Assembly (NCBI GenBank): GCA_030595185.1
Contig: JAUVDT010000003.1
Location: 1 to 56,302, forward strand
Length of the DNA stretch: 56,302 bases
Direction of reading: 5' to 3'
Source of the DNA: Gammaproteobacteria bacterium
GTDB lineage: Bacteria > Pseudomonadota > Gammaproteobacteria > SZUA-229
The notes under the pieces are model-generated. The model saw only the letters and a program-made list of their open reading frames with translations, did no database searches and had not been told where the DNA came from. This document shows positions 41,130 to 50,962 of the stretch, one piece after another (position 1 is the first letter of the stretch; each line of letters begins with the position of its first letter). The position numbers and the translations under genes are program-made.

Positions 41130-41163
41130 AAAAAAAGCCGCAAACGAATTTGCAGCTTCTTTT
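41130..41163. terminator. Terminator downstream of the tRNA-Phe 3' fragment (second copy at 43855-43888)
   Basis: aaaaaaagccgcaaa-cgaa-tttgcagcttctttt; on the minus strand a stem with UUCG loop and U7 tail. Confidence 0.75.
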
Positions 41164-41170
41164 AAGGATT

Positions 41171-41215
41171 TGGTGGCATGAGGTGGAATCAAACCACCGA
41201 CACGAGGATTCTCAA
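41171..41215 (-). repeat. Degenerate tRNA-Phe 3' half (att-like fragment 1), anticodon loop to CCA
   Basis: Minus strand TTGAGAATCCTCGTGTCGGTGGTTTGATTCCACCTCATGCCACCA resembles a tRNA-Phe 3' half; no 5' half present. Confidence 0.8.
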
Positions 41216-41225
41216 GAGCTTTACT

Positions 41226-42308
41226 CTATACATTGTTGTCTAAAAATAACTCACATAATGGTTGGTTGATATAGTAATTACTTTTGCCGATTTTTTCTTT
41301 TTTTAAAAAACCTTTTTTCGATAAAAGATTCAGATATTTTGTTGCTGTTATTCTACTGACTTGTAAATCATTTTTCATAAACTCAATTTTTGTGTAGGGA
41401 TGTTTAAACAAATTATTAATTAAATCCTGACTATAAATTTTAGGCAATTGATCACGAATATCGTGTTTATATTGCATCATCAGGTTTTTAATTTCTTGAA
41501 TCAGGTTAATTGTTTTTTTTGATGTTTGTTCAACCCCATCTAACATATACAATAACCATGGTTCCCACTGGTTTGTCTCTCTTACATCCTGTAATTTTTT
41601 ATAATAATTGGCTTTATCTTGAATAATAAAACGACTTAGATAGAGTACGGGTAAATCCAACAGTTCATTCATGACTAAGAACAATATATTGATAATACGT
41701 CCTGAGCGCCCATTACCATCATAGAACGGATGAATGCTTTCAAACTGATGATGAATGACTGCCATTTTCACCAAAACATCAATATCAGTTTGTGACTCGT
41801 CATTGATATAAGTAATCAAATTATCTATCAGCGAGCTGACCTCATTCGCACTTTGAGGCGGCACATAGATCACTTCGCCCGTTTGTTGATTTTTTAGCTC
41901 TGTGCCTGGAAGCTTACGTAAACCTGCTTTATTTTTTTCTAATAGAGCCTGTATTTCTATAATGTCTGATAAACGAATTAACCTTTGTCTTTTTACTTTT
42001 CTAAAACCTAATTTTAATGCTGTCGCATAATCCTGTACTTCTTTAGCCGCTATATTTGATGTGTGACTTGAAAATAATTCTGCTTTAAATAATTCATCGT
42101 GTGTCGTAATTATATTTTCTACCGCAGAACTGTCTTTAGCTTCTTGCAGCGTAAGCATATTTATTAAGATAACTTCATTGGGAATGGTTGCAGCAATACC
42201 CTTTAATTCTGCAAGGTAGCGATGTGCGGAAGCAGCCTTCTTTAAGACCGCTTTTGTCTCAAAAGCGCTTTCGTTTTCAAAAGGCAACTTTTGCACCTGA
42301 TACGGCAT
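41226..42308 (-). CDS. Fic-family protein (N-terminal inhibitory helix, class II-like) with C-terminal wHTH
   Basis: HPFYDGNGRSGR Fic motif; DSSAVEN matches S/TxxxE(G/N). Confidence 0.93.
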   Translation of the reverse strand: MPYQVQKLPFENESAFETKAVLKKAASAHRYLAELKGIAATIPNEVILINMLTLQEAKDSSAVENIITTHDELFKAELFSSHTSNIAAKEVQDYATALKLGFRKVKRQRLIRLSDIIEIQALLEKNKAGLRKLPGTELKNQQTGEVIYVPPQSANEVSSLIDNLITYINDESQTDIDVLVKMAVIHHQFESIHPFYDGNGRSGRIINILFLVMNELLDLPVLYLSRFIIQDKANYYKKLQDVRETNQWEPWLLYMLDGVEQTSKKTINLIQEIKNLMMQYKHDIRDQLPKIYSQDLINNLFKHPYTKIEFMKNDLQVSRITATKYLNLLSKKGFLKKEKIGKSNYYINQPLCELFLDNNV

Positions 42309-42562
42309 TAGCTAAATTCCATTAGAGTGTTTCATGCATATAGAAATCTATATATTATGCACTATTCACGGTACATGTATAGATTTTTAAGTTATTTATA
42401 CACGTTTCCGGCGATATGCTAAATAATATAATTCTTTTGACAGTAATCAAGTGAATTTCTCTGTGTAACTCTCCAGTCAATTTACCGGGCAATAGAGCAG
42501 GCTGTTCAACTTAGCTAAAACAATTTATACTATTTTTTCATAATTATAAATGGAGTTATATT

Positions 42563-43342
42563 ATGGATAAGTCACAATCCACTGCTAATCTAAACCTAAG
42601 TCCTGCTGACAAACAAAGCATAGAAGGACTACTTGGTAACCTTTCAGAAAACGACAACTCTGATAGTAAAAATTTCCTCGACAACTTTGCCAACCAACAA
42701 GACTCAGGTTGGAAGCGTTATGTTAATGGTATTTATAATCACCCTAAAACATGGTGGGTAGGTATCATACATTTACAAATGCTTATGGGTATTTGGGGGC
42801 CACAATATTAGGCCCAAGCATCGATTCGTCAAAATGCATTATCTAAAGCCTTGCACTTTCTTTTGAATGATACTGACAAAAGCCAATCTCAGCTCGTTAT
42901 GAAGAGAGCCATTAAATTTAATTTGAAATACCGTAAGGCTGATATTGCAGGTCGTTTTCATGGCAGCTTATTCACAAACTATTCTTCAACAGGCGGTCGA
43001 AAAGGAGCAAAACTACCTAGAATTTCTAAGTGGTCAGTGAAAATAACCAATTTTACAATCGCAAGTTTTGGTGCCGCTATACAATCAATAGCAAATGGAC
43101 AAAAAGAACCCGATGCCATAATAAATTCTATCATTACTGGTAGAAGTGAACGTGTTCCACACCATATAAGTAAACAGTTGATGGATAATCAAGTGACCGC
43201 TGAAGAAGCGTCGCTAACTACCGCTGTTAACTCAGAAGTTTTCAGCGCAAATGCAATTAACAACTTACAACCAGGGCCTGTTCCTATAAGTGAATTTTGT
43301 AATAGACCTGAAAATATCGATTTGAAATCTATTTGCAATTAA
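42563..43342 (+). pseudogene. Hypothetical protein interrupted by one in-frame TAG (42809-42811)
   Basis: The 82-aa and 163-aa ORFs share a frame; ...GPQY*AQASIRQNALSKALHF... is otherwise open; GGAG RBS before 42563. Confidence 0.65.
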
Positions 43343-43358
43343 ATTTGAGACTAAAAGC

Positions 43359-43553
43359 ATGCCATTTATTGATACATTAAAAGACTCGGCACTAGAACTA
43401 TTAGACGAAATTATTGCGTCGATCAGTATACTTTCGGCTATATTGCTAGGACTGTATTTTTCATCTTGGATTGTGTTCGGTGCAGTACTTTCGACGGGGT
43501 TCATTATCGCAACTGTTCTTAACCGGATGTTTGCCACTAAGACTAAGCAATAA
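43359..43553 (+). CDS. Small 2-TM hypothetical membrane protein
   Basis: 64 aa, two hydrophobic helices, 16 nt after the interrupted ORF. Confidence 0.6.
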   Translation: MPFIDTLKDSALELLDEIIASISILSAILLGLYFSSWIVFGAVLSTGFIIATVLNRMFATKTKQ

Positions 43554-43622
43554 CTCGCTCTTATCCCCGCAAAACTCCCGCACAGATACTTCCTCTGTTA
43601 ATACTGATTTCCCTACAGACAC

Positions 43623-43649
43623 AAAAAAGCCGCTATATAGCGGCTTTTT
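43623..43649. terminator. Bidirectional terminator
   Basis: aaaaaagccgcta-ta-tagcggcttttt. Confidence 0.85.
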
Positions 43650-43658
43650 GAAAGTATT

Positions 43659-43840
43659 TGGTGGCCTGAGGTGGAGCAGGTTTGTCTGGAACAAACCAAG
43701 ATGGCCTGCTTTTTGACCACCCGAAGGGGGCGGCGCATGGATGCGCCGCATCACTGGTGAAGTCAAACCAGCACGGCTGCCTTTTAGCCGCCCATAGGGT
43801 GAGGCGCAGTTGGCCTCATGAATCGAACTTAATGGTTCGA
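43659..43840 (-). repeat. tRNA-linked structured repeat: multi-hairpin GC-rich element ending in the last 17 nt of tRNA-Phe
   Basis: tggtggcctgaggtgga (43659-43675) is the reverse complement of the tRNA 3' end; 43676-43840 contains at least six short hairpins. Confidence 0.6.
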
Positions 43841-43895
43841 TATCTTACAGGCATAAAAAAAGCCGCAAACGAATTTGCAGCTTCTTTTAAGGATT

Positions 43896-43935
43896 TGGTG
43901 GCCTGAGGTGGAATCGAACCACCGACACGAGAATT
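43896..43935 (-). repeat. tRNA-Phe 3' fragment (att-like fragment 3; probable left end of the large island)
   Basis: Minus strand CTCGTGTCGGTGGTTCGATTCCACCTCAGGCCACCA with intact T-loop and CCA; exact IHF-consensus aatcaacagctta at 43954-43966. Confidence 0.8.
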
Positions 43936-44050
43936 AGTTATTTATTTTATTAAAATCAACAGCTTAGAGATTGCCCATTGCAGATTAATCCTAACAAAGC
44001 ATAACAACGCTTAACTAAAATACGCAATAATCGCACAAGCAATTATTGCC

Positions 44051-44245
44051 TTATTTAAAGCTAACTGACTTTGATCTAGAAATTAGATTCGAAATACTAC
44101 TTACTTCCACACACAAACCGTCTGCAGAACCTTCTGCATTTACCGTACCTGTCCACGAACCATGCTCAATATTTGATTTTTTTACTTCTGTATTATAGCT
44201 TTCCGACGATTGAAGCTGTTGAGCCTCAGTATTAGCTTTCGTCAT
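44051..44245 (-). CDS. Small hypothetical protein
   Basis: 64-aa ORF with GAGGT RBS, 40 nt downstream of the 337-aa gene. Confidence 0.5.
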   Translation of the reverse strand: MTKANTEAQQLQSSESYNTEVKKSNIEHGSWTGTVNAEGSADGLCVEVSSISNLISRSKSVSFK

Positions 44246-44285
44246 AGGATACTACCTCAGTGATCGTTAATTAATATTATAGTAG

Positions 44286-45299
44286 TTATATTTTAGCAAA
44301 AATCTCTTTTTCAACATCAGTCTCTTTTGACTGGTCATTATTCTCTTTTAACTCTGCATTTTCAAGTAAATGATTTGATATAGAACATAAAGAATAAAGA
44401 AGATCGGCTGCTGCTCCCCCTAATTCAGGGCTATAACGCGTATCGAATACCCCTCTACTATAACAATCAACACATAAAAAACCCCAGAATTTCCACGTAC
44501 CTGGGCACTTCTTATCTTTCTCTTTTGGTGGTTTAAAGCTCTCACAATAACGTATAGGTAACACCAATGTAGACTTATAGTTTAACCTCCAATTACAAAC
44601 AACACTCCTTATGCTCTTAAACCTAAGTACAGGCTCACCAACTACTTGGAAAGAACTTGACCTATACTCGTGGTTTTTCCAAGATGCCATTAAGTTATTA
44701 TTCAAGTAATACCTTGTACATCCATTTATTGCATACCATAAGTTATTGAAATCCGTGTTGTCTGCTAGTTTATGGACTACATCTTCTTCTAGGTCACTAT
44801 TTCTCGGTGACCTAGACTTCGTCATCGTATCTCTTCCAGCATCAACAATAGTAAGATCCCCTTTCAACTCTTTTAATGAAACTCTACACCGTTTGCCTGT
44901 CAACAAACTAAAGCAATTAGCAATCGCATCTAGTATATCTTGTAAAGTACCATCTAAATTTTCAAACTTACCCTCTTGTGCTTCAGCAAAATAGTCTCTA
45001 ACCAAATGATTTATATAATGGATATATAATATACTTTCAGCATATCGGTGTAACTTACGCCTCTCTCTATAAAATGTATAAAACATCAACAATGAAATTA
45101 ATATTACTAAGAATATGGTAAAAACAAGAGGAACATCTTTTTCTGGTAAAAACTGAGGAGCAGTTACTAAACCTATAATTGATACGCTACCTGTAATGTA
45201 TGAAAAAAACTCCGAAAGGCTTGATGATTTCTTTTTAGGCAACTGTTCTTCATAAGTTTTAGCAAAGTTCTTAGAAGTATATTCAGCAATATTAAACAA
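44286..45299 (-). CDS. 2-TM protein with probable C-terminal GAF-like domain
   Basis: Two N-terminal hydrophobic helices; YKSTLVLPIR...WGFLCVD...F...ELGGAAADLLY resembles the GAF C-terminal strand-strand-helix pattern; TTG start uncertain. Confidence 0.6.
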   Translation of the reverse strand: MFNIAEYTSKNFAKTYEEQLPKKKSSSLSEFFSYITGSVSIIGLVTAPQFLPEKDVPLVFTIFLVILISLLMFYTFYRERRKLHRYAESILYIHYINHLVRDYFAEAQEGKFENLDGTLQDILDAIANCFSLLTGKRCRVSLKELKGDLTIVDAGRDTMTKSRSPRNSDLEEDVVHKLADNTDFNNLWYAINGCTRYYLNNNLMASWKNHEYRSSSFQVVGEPVLRFKSIRSVVCNWRLNYKSTLVLPIRYCESFKPPKEKDKKCPGTWKFWGFLCVDCYSRGVFDTRYSPELGGAAADLLYSLCSISNHLLENAELKENNDQSKETDVEKEIFAKI

Positions 45300-45516
45300 T
45301 GTTTCATCTACCTATAATTAGAATACTGTTACATATCGACACCATGCATTAAGTTTTACGGTCATCTTGAAATAACTTAAATACAAATCAGTCTTATTTT
45401 TTTAAAAACATCTTATACCATATATACAAATATTACTGGAGTTTTGAATCTAAACAAAATTTTATCAGCACTCTATTAATTTTCAAATTAGCTACATAAG
45501 AATATTTCACTAAATA

Positions 45517-48500
45517 CTATGCTACACCAGCATTCTCATTAACATGCTTAACTATCTCAACAATCTTCTTACTATCATGTTCACCAAAAACCCCTATCAC
45601 CCCATTATCATTAATATTAGTAAATGGTGAATCAAACATAGCTTTTGGCTCCATGGTCCCATTCTTAACCAGGTAATCGACAACTTCATTTAAGAATGTA
45701 ATTTGATCTGGGTGCATTGGCGCCTCAGCCAGGAATTCTGCGAAGGCTTTTTTGGCTGCATTTCTATCTAACCCGACCATTGTTCGTACTAAGATACCTA
45801 ATGGTTGGCCACCAAAAATTTCTGTGTATTTGTCTTTTGGTATTGGGCCATCTTCAGTAAAAAGTATATCTTCTAATGCTTCAATATCTTTAGGGGATAC
45901 TGGTTCATTATTTTTTAATCTTCTTATTGTTATATGATCTTGATGTTCTCTTATAAATCTCTGAACTCTAGCTCTGTAATCAAGAAGCTTACTGTCACTT
46001 TTAACCACATCGTATTCGTCTGTATCTTCTCCAATTTCATCTTCAAAGTTTGTAAAGACATCTTCCTTAGCTTCGTCAGGATCAATGAATCGGATAAGTT
46101 CACGCATGCGCACACGAACACCTTCTAATATTGGTAGTGTGACATCTTGCCACCATTGTTCAGTTTGTAGTTCTTGAATCAAATCTAGTTGTTTCGCTAC
46201 AGCCGGTATTGTTGATTTGCTTTCTAAATCATTCGCTATTCGAATGACTTTTTCCTGATATGAGACTTGCCTCTTACTATTACCCTGGATAGCTATTTGC
46301 AGATTTAATATTATTAAATCAAATCGGCGACGGTATTCATCATCCTCATCTATCGAGGGCAGGCTACTAATTTTTGACACAAGGATATTTACATCGCTCT
46401 CAGTTAACTTGATCCATTTATCACGTTTTGAATATATTTCAACCGCTTTACGTTCTTTCCTTATTATAAAATTATCAAGTTTCATTGAATCAACAGTCAT
46501 ATGCAGCTGATCCTTAAATGTATCAACAAGATCGTTCAACTCCGTTTCATCTGGATTACCATCTTGCAAGACAAGAGCTAATTCTAAACGGCGTTTAAAT
46601 ATCGTTTGTTTTAATGGTTCTTGAACACCTGAATCATAACCGTCCGGGTTAGCATTAAAAAATTCCAAGTTCTGGCAATAATCAAAAACAATAAATTCTT
46701 TTTTATGATTACCGGGGCCAAATAGATTTTCAGATAAGCGAGTACCTCGCCCTATCATCTGCCAGAACTTGGTTTTAGATCGCACCATCTTAAAGAAAAC
46801 AAGGTTAACGACTTCAGGCACATCAATACCAGTATCCAACATATCGACCGATACCGCTATCTGCGGGTACTTATCAACAATGCTAAAGTCATCAATTAAG
46901 CTTTGAGCATATTTAACCGTGAAATCTATTTTCTGACAGAACTGCCCTTTATAGTGTGGGTAGTTTTTATCGAACTGCTGCACAATAAAATCAGCATGTT
47001 TAGTGTTTTTAGCAAAGACGATTGTTTTACCTAACTTATCACCACCCTCTACCTTGATACCATTCAGCATTAAATGCTCAAGCACTTTATTGACCGTATC
47101 AATATTAAACAGCCACTGATTTAATGCCGGTGCCTCTATCTGTTCTTTCAGTTGTCCGGTTTCTTCATCATAAAACCGTTCCTGTAACTCATACTCTTCC
47201 TGTTCTTCTGGTGACAGGTCTTTATAGGTAATGCCTTCACGTTGAAATTTGAGTGGCACTGAGATGGCCCGTGGTGGAACTAAGAAGCCATCCGCCACAG
47301 CCTTATCTAATTCATAAGCATAAGTAGGCTGGTGATCATCTAGTTCAAACAGTTTGTATGTGTTTCGATCAACTTCACCACGCGGTGTTGCTGTTAAACC
47401 TACCAACAAAGAATCAAAGTAATCGAAAATAGCACCGTACTTCTGGTAAACAGATCTATGCGCCTCATCAATAATCACTAAATCAAAATGCGCTACACTA
47501 AATGCTTCTTTCACATCTTTACGAGTGCCATCAATACAATTTAATATCGTCGGATAAGTTGAAAACACAACCCGTGACTCTTCCTGTTTTTTGTCTAACA
47601 AACTCGATACCGAAACATGCGGCTAATGTTTGTTGAATTCACGCTTGGCTTGATTAACCAACGCAACACGATCCGCCAGAAACAATATGCGCCTTGCCCA
47701 GTTAGCTCGCATTAACATATCGACTATCGCAATTGATAAGCGTGTTTTACCGGTACCGGTTGCCATTACTATTAAACTTTTACGCTTTCGTTTTGCACCA
47801 AAGTTTTCCATTACACGGGCAGCCGCTTCCATTTGATAATAACGCCCAGTAATTTCTGTTTTCGATTGTAGCTTACTTAAATCTTCACGCGTGCTTCTCT
47901 GATTGATATGCCACTGCAATTCATCACGTGTTGCAAAGCCCTGTACTTCTCTTGGTGGGTAGAACGTATCATCCCAGATCCATGTAGTGTAACCATTGGA
48001 ATAATAGATAATAGGTCGTTGCTTGAAATGCTTTTCTAAACAATCGGCATACAACTCAGCCTGTCGTTTACCTACTTTTGCATCACTGCGCGTACGCTTA
48101 GCTTCAACCAATGCCAATGGTTTTTTATCACTCCCCCAGAGTACATAATCAACATAGCCCGTACCCGTTCGGCCACCTAGCGAATCTGGCATGCAATCCA
48201 ATACTTCAAATTCTTCTGTGTTTTTTAGTTTCGGGTCCCAGCCTGCTTCACGCAGCATCACATCAATAATAAATTCACGGGTTTCAGCTTCCGTATACTC
48301 ATCACTACCAATGGTTTTTTGATTGTCTTCTTTTACTTGCTGTAATAATGAAAGCTGTTCTTTCAGCTCTTTTAATTCAGCTTCTGTTTGCGTTAGTTTT
48401 TCTTTAGCCTTAATCGCAGCATCATCTTTGGCTTTTAAGTCTTCTTGTATTTTTTCTAATTGATCAACACTTAACTGCGGCTCTTCCGCACCTGCTTTCG

Positions 48501-48924
48501 GTAAATAATTAACGTGGAATTGTTCAGGCTTAGCACTACCTCGAGTATAAACACGCGCTAACCAGCCCAGAAACTGATGCAAGGCAACCGTTGCTTTTAA
48601 ACCTTCTTGTTCAGAAATGGTTTGATCACCATGCACCGCCACATTACCAAGGCGATGGATAAACTTAATGTCATGGAACAAACCTTTTTTAATGTTACTG
48701 GCAAAAGTCGGCTCATGAATCATCGCCGCTAGGCTTTTTTCATAGGGGGCTTTTAATGCAATGTCGTTGACGAATAGCCATTTAAGGGAAAGCTCTAAAG
48801 TACGGCGAGCATAAATGGAGGCAGCGCGAGGATCACGCAGTGCATAGCTTTCTACTTGCTGTGCATCTTGTAGCAAGAAAGCCCAGTGTTCTTTTAAAAA
48901 TGCAAAGTTACTAGCTTGTGACAT
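45517..48924 (-). pseudogene. hsdR: Type I restriction subunit R (EcoAI/EcoEI-like layout) broken by an in-frame TAG at 47623-47625
   Basis: VDYVLW...LVEAKR nuclease, MATGTGKTR Walker A, IIDEAHRS, LTATP, MLDTGIDVP, QMIGRGTRL; both ORFs in one frame, ...FNKH*PHVSVSSLLDK... Confidence 0.9.
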
Positions 48925-48983
48925 TTCCCACCCTAATTAAACGTTTATTATTATTTTTTTAGTGCCATCATTTATATTTATAT

Positions 48984-49289
48984 TTATATTTTTGCAGGTG
49001 TGTCTTCTAAATTTAACAACCTTTCACTTCGCCAAACTCTAATAACATGAATGATTTTTTCTTCTTTTAAGTAAACGATACGAAAAGGAGAATGTATTAA
49101 TTCACGTATATTTTTTTCATTAAATTCAGGCACCATTCGACCAATTTCTGGGTTATCTATTAGTGTTTCAATATGCGCAATTATATGAATAATAAATTCA
49201 TCGCCTATTTTAGGAACACCTTCATCCGCGTAGTATTTTTTTATTGCTTTTAGATCATTAAATGCAGAATCTGATATTAAGATTTTCAA
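48984..49289 (-). CDS. RelE/ParE-family toxin
   Basis: SAFNDL..I..Y, NPEIGRMVPE, IRELIHSPFRIVY; overlaps the antitoxin stop. Confidence 0.88.
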   Translation of the reverse strand: MKILISDSAFNDLKAIKKYYADEGVPKIGDEFIIHIIAHIETLIDNPEIGRMVPEFNEKNIRELIHSPFRIVYLKEEKIIHVIRVWRSERLLNLEDTPAKI

Positions 49290-49558
49290 ATATTAATACC
49301 CAGTTTCTTTTTAACATCAGAGAGCGTTTGTTCTTTGCCATCTTGTACTTCCATTATGCCTTGTGCAATCGCTTTTATAAAAGCACGTTCTTCTTCAAGA
49401 TTTTCATACTCCTCCAAGCCTTGCACAACAGCGACACCACGCCCACGGCTAGTCAGCAGAATAGGCCGGTGACTGTCTTTAGCTCGGTTTACAATTTTTC
49501 CGGGGTTAATTTTTAGTTCAGATAATGGAATGACATCTTGAGAAAATCGTATTTTCAT
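49286..49558 (-). CDS. Phd/YefM-family antitoxin
   Basis: PLSELK.NP, RPILLTSRGRGVAVV...EYE. Confidence 0.88.
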   Translation of the reverse strand: MKIRFSQDVIPLSELKINPGKIVNRAKDSHRPILLTSRGRGVAVVQGLEEYENLEEERAFIKAIAQGIMEVQDGKEQTLSDVKKKLGINI

Positions 49559-49663
49559 TGAATAGTACCTTTTAGTGGTGCTGTTAACTGGTATTGATTA
49601 TAGCAGCCGTTAACTAGAGCGCAATAACCATTTGCCGATTAAAGTGTTTCGCTGCCATGTGTC

Positions 49664-49772
49664 CTGGTTCCCATCTCCGCGTGGGAACCCATACCATCCT
49701 TAACTACAATTTATTATTTCAGCGCTGTACCAAACTTCTCTATGCATTACCACGCGAGAGCGTGGAAACGAG
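49664..49772. repeat. REP-like doublet (CTCGTTCCCACGC-type)
   Basis: ctggttcccatctccgcgtgggaacccata ... tatgcattaccacgcgagagcgtggaaacgag, imperfect inverted pair of hairpins. Confidence 0.65.
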
Positions 49773-49827
49773 TATAAAAGCCTTCAATAACTACGCGCTC
49801 TAGCTTTATGTACAAATTAAAACATAT

Positions 49828-49916
49828 CGTCATTCCCGCGCGCGCCTAGCGGGAATCCAGTGGCTTTGAGTAAACTTAAGCTATAGATTCCGGTTCAAAA
49901 GCATACCGGAATGACG
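49828..49916. repeat. GTCATTCC...GGAATGAC REP-like doublet
   Basis: cgtcattcccgc...gcgggaatcc ... gattccgg...ccggaatgacg. Confidence 0.75.
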
Positions 49917-49920
49917 GTGA

Positions 49921-50949
49921 CTATTTATTTTTACTTTTCCCCACAGCATCCGCCAGTTTTGTTAATTGATCTAGGTCTTTATTATCAACGGCTTTCGCTT
50001 CATCTGATAACCGCTGTTGTGAAAATTGTTCATATTCCTTTTCAGCCAGTTGCTTTGCTAACTGATGAGTCACTTTACCCGCATGATCAAGTATATTACG
50101 ATCATTCAAACTCAAAAAACCATCCAGCTTTTTTATCCAGTCTGTCATGTTCATCGCTATGCGCCGCATTGCCTGACCTTCGGCAAAAACAAGGTATTGC
50201 TCCACCAGGTTATTTAATGCCAGTAACTCATCTTCTTGCAAATAGTTTTTGGCATTCACCACATCTTGTTTACGCACTTTGCTACCACGCCAATTGGTTA
50301 AGCCCATATTGCTTTCACTGCTATTTGCTCGGCTTTTAATTAATTCAGCAGCAGTCTTGCCAGTAATCGCCCAGTGCACTTTATTTTGCACGGTTTTAAA
50401 AAATGAGATACTGCCTTCCAGCGTGGGGTCATAGTCGGTACTGGTGGCATAAATGTCGGTAATTTTCGTGTAAAAGCGTTTTTCACTGGTGCGAATATCC
50501 TGAATGCGGCGGGTCAGCTCTTCAAAATAATCAAAGGGCTGATCGGGATTCTTTAATCGCTCATCATCCAGCACAAAACCTTTTACAATGTATTCTCGTA
50601 GTTGTTGTGTTGCCCATTGACGAAAGCGGGTGGCGGTATGGGATTTAACCCGATAACCGACTGAAATAATGGCGTCCAGATTGTAGTGTTTTAGCTGCCT
50701 TGTAACCTGCCTAGCACCTTCCTGACGAACTACTAAGAAATCCTTAGTAGTTGCCTGCTCATCTAACTCAGCTTCTTTATAGATGTTTTTTAAGTGCATC
50801 AAAATATTTTCAGGCGTAGTGAGAAGAAGCTCTGATAATAGTTTCTGAGTTAGCCAGACAGTTTCATCCTGAAAATGCACATCCAGTTTGGTTTCACCGT
50901 CTTCAGTTTGGTAAATAATAAATTGTGAGGTGTTATCTGATTGTTCCAT
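49921..50949 (-). CDS. rhuM: RhuM-family (virulence RhuM) putative DNA-binding protein
   Basis: ETVWLTQ, YNLDAIISVGYRVKS, FRQWAT, KGFVLDDERLK, DIRTSEKRFY, VQNKVHWA. Confidence 0.9.
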   Translation of the reverse strand: MEQSDNTSQFIIYQTEDGETKLDVHFQDETVWLTQKLLSELLLTTPENILMHLKNIYKEAELDEQATTKDFLVVRQEGARQVTRQLKHYNLDAIISVGYRVKSHTATRFRQWATQQLREYIVKGFVLDDERLKNPDQPFDYFEELTRRIQDIRTSEKRFYTKITDIYATSTDYDPTLEGSISFFKTVQNKVHWAITGKTAAELIKSRANSSESNMGLTNWRGSKVRKQDVVNAKNYLQEDELLALNNLVEQYLVFAEGQAMRRIAMNMTDWIKKLDGFLSLNDRNILDHAGKVTHQLAKQLAEKEYEQFSQQRLSDEAKAVDNKDLDQLTKLADAVGKSKNK

Positions 50950-50962
50950 TTTATAAATCCAT

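Larger units (their letters stand above)
41124..43931. mobile_element. Integrase-less 2.7-kb unit between 83-bp direct repeats (tRNA-Phe 3' end + terminator)
   Basis: 41124-41206 and 43849-43931 are identical except for 2 substitutions. Confidence 0.65.

Noticed and set aside
43659-43840. Intron-containing tRNA
   Set aside because: tRNA similarity stops after gaatcgaac with no 5' exon, and the insert is too short for a group I or II intron
43461-43906. ORFs of 74-101 aa over the terminator and tRNA-repeat region
   Set aside because: They run through terminators, hairpins and tRNA fragments and are likely by-products of local GC richness
41171-43935. Intact tRNA-Phe gene
   Set aside because: Only 3' portions are present; no D-arm or 5' acceptor strand next to any copy
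42809-47625. Amber (TAG) recoding or suppression in the island, suggested by two single in-frame TAGs
   Set aside because: TAG is the normal stop of fic (41226), hsdR (45517) and rhuM (49921) in the same region, no suppressor tRNA is visible, and another island gene is broken by a frameshift and TAA; ordinary decay is simpler
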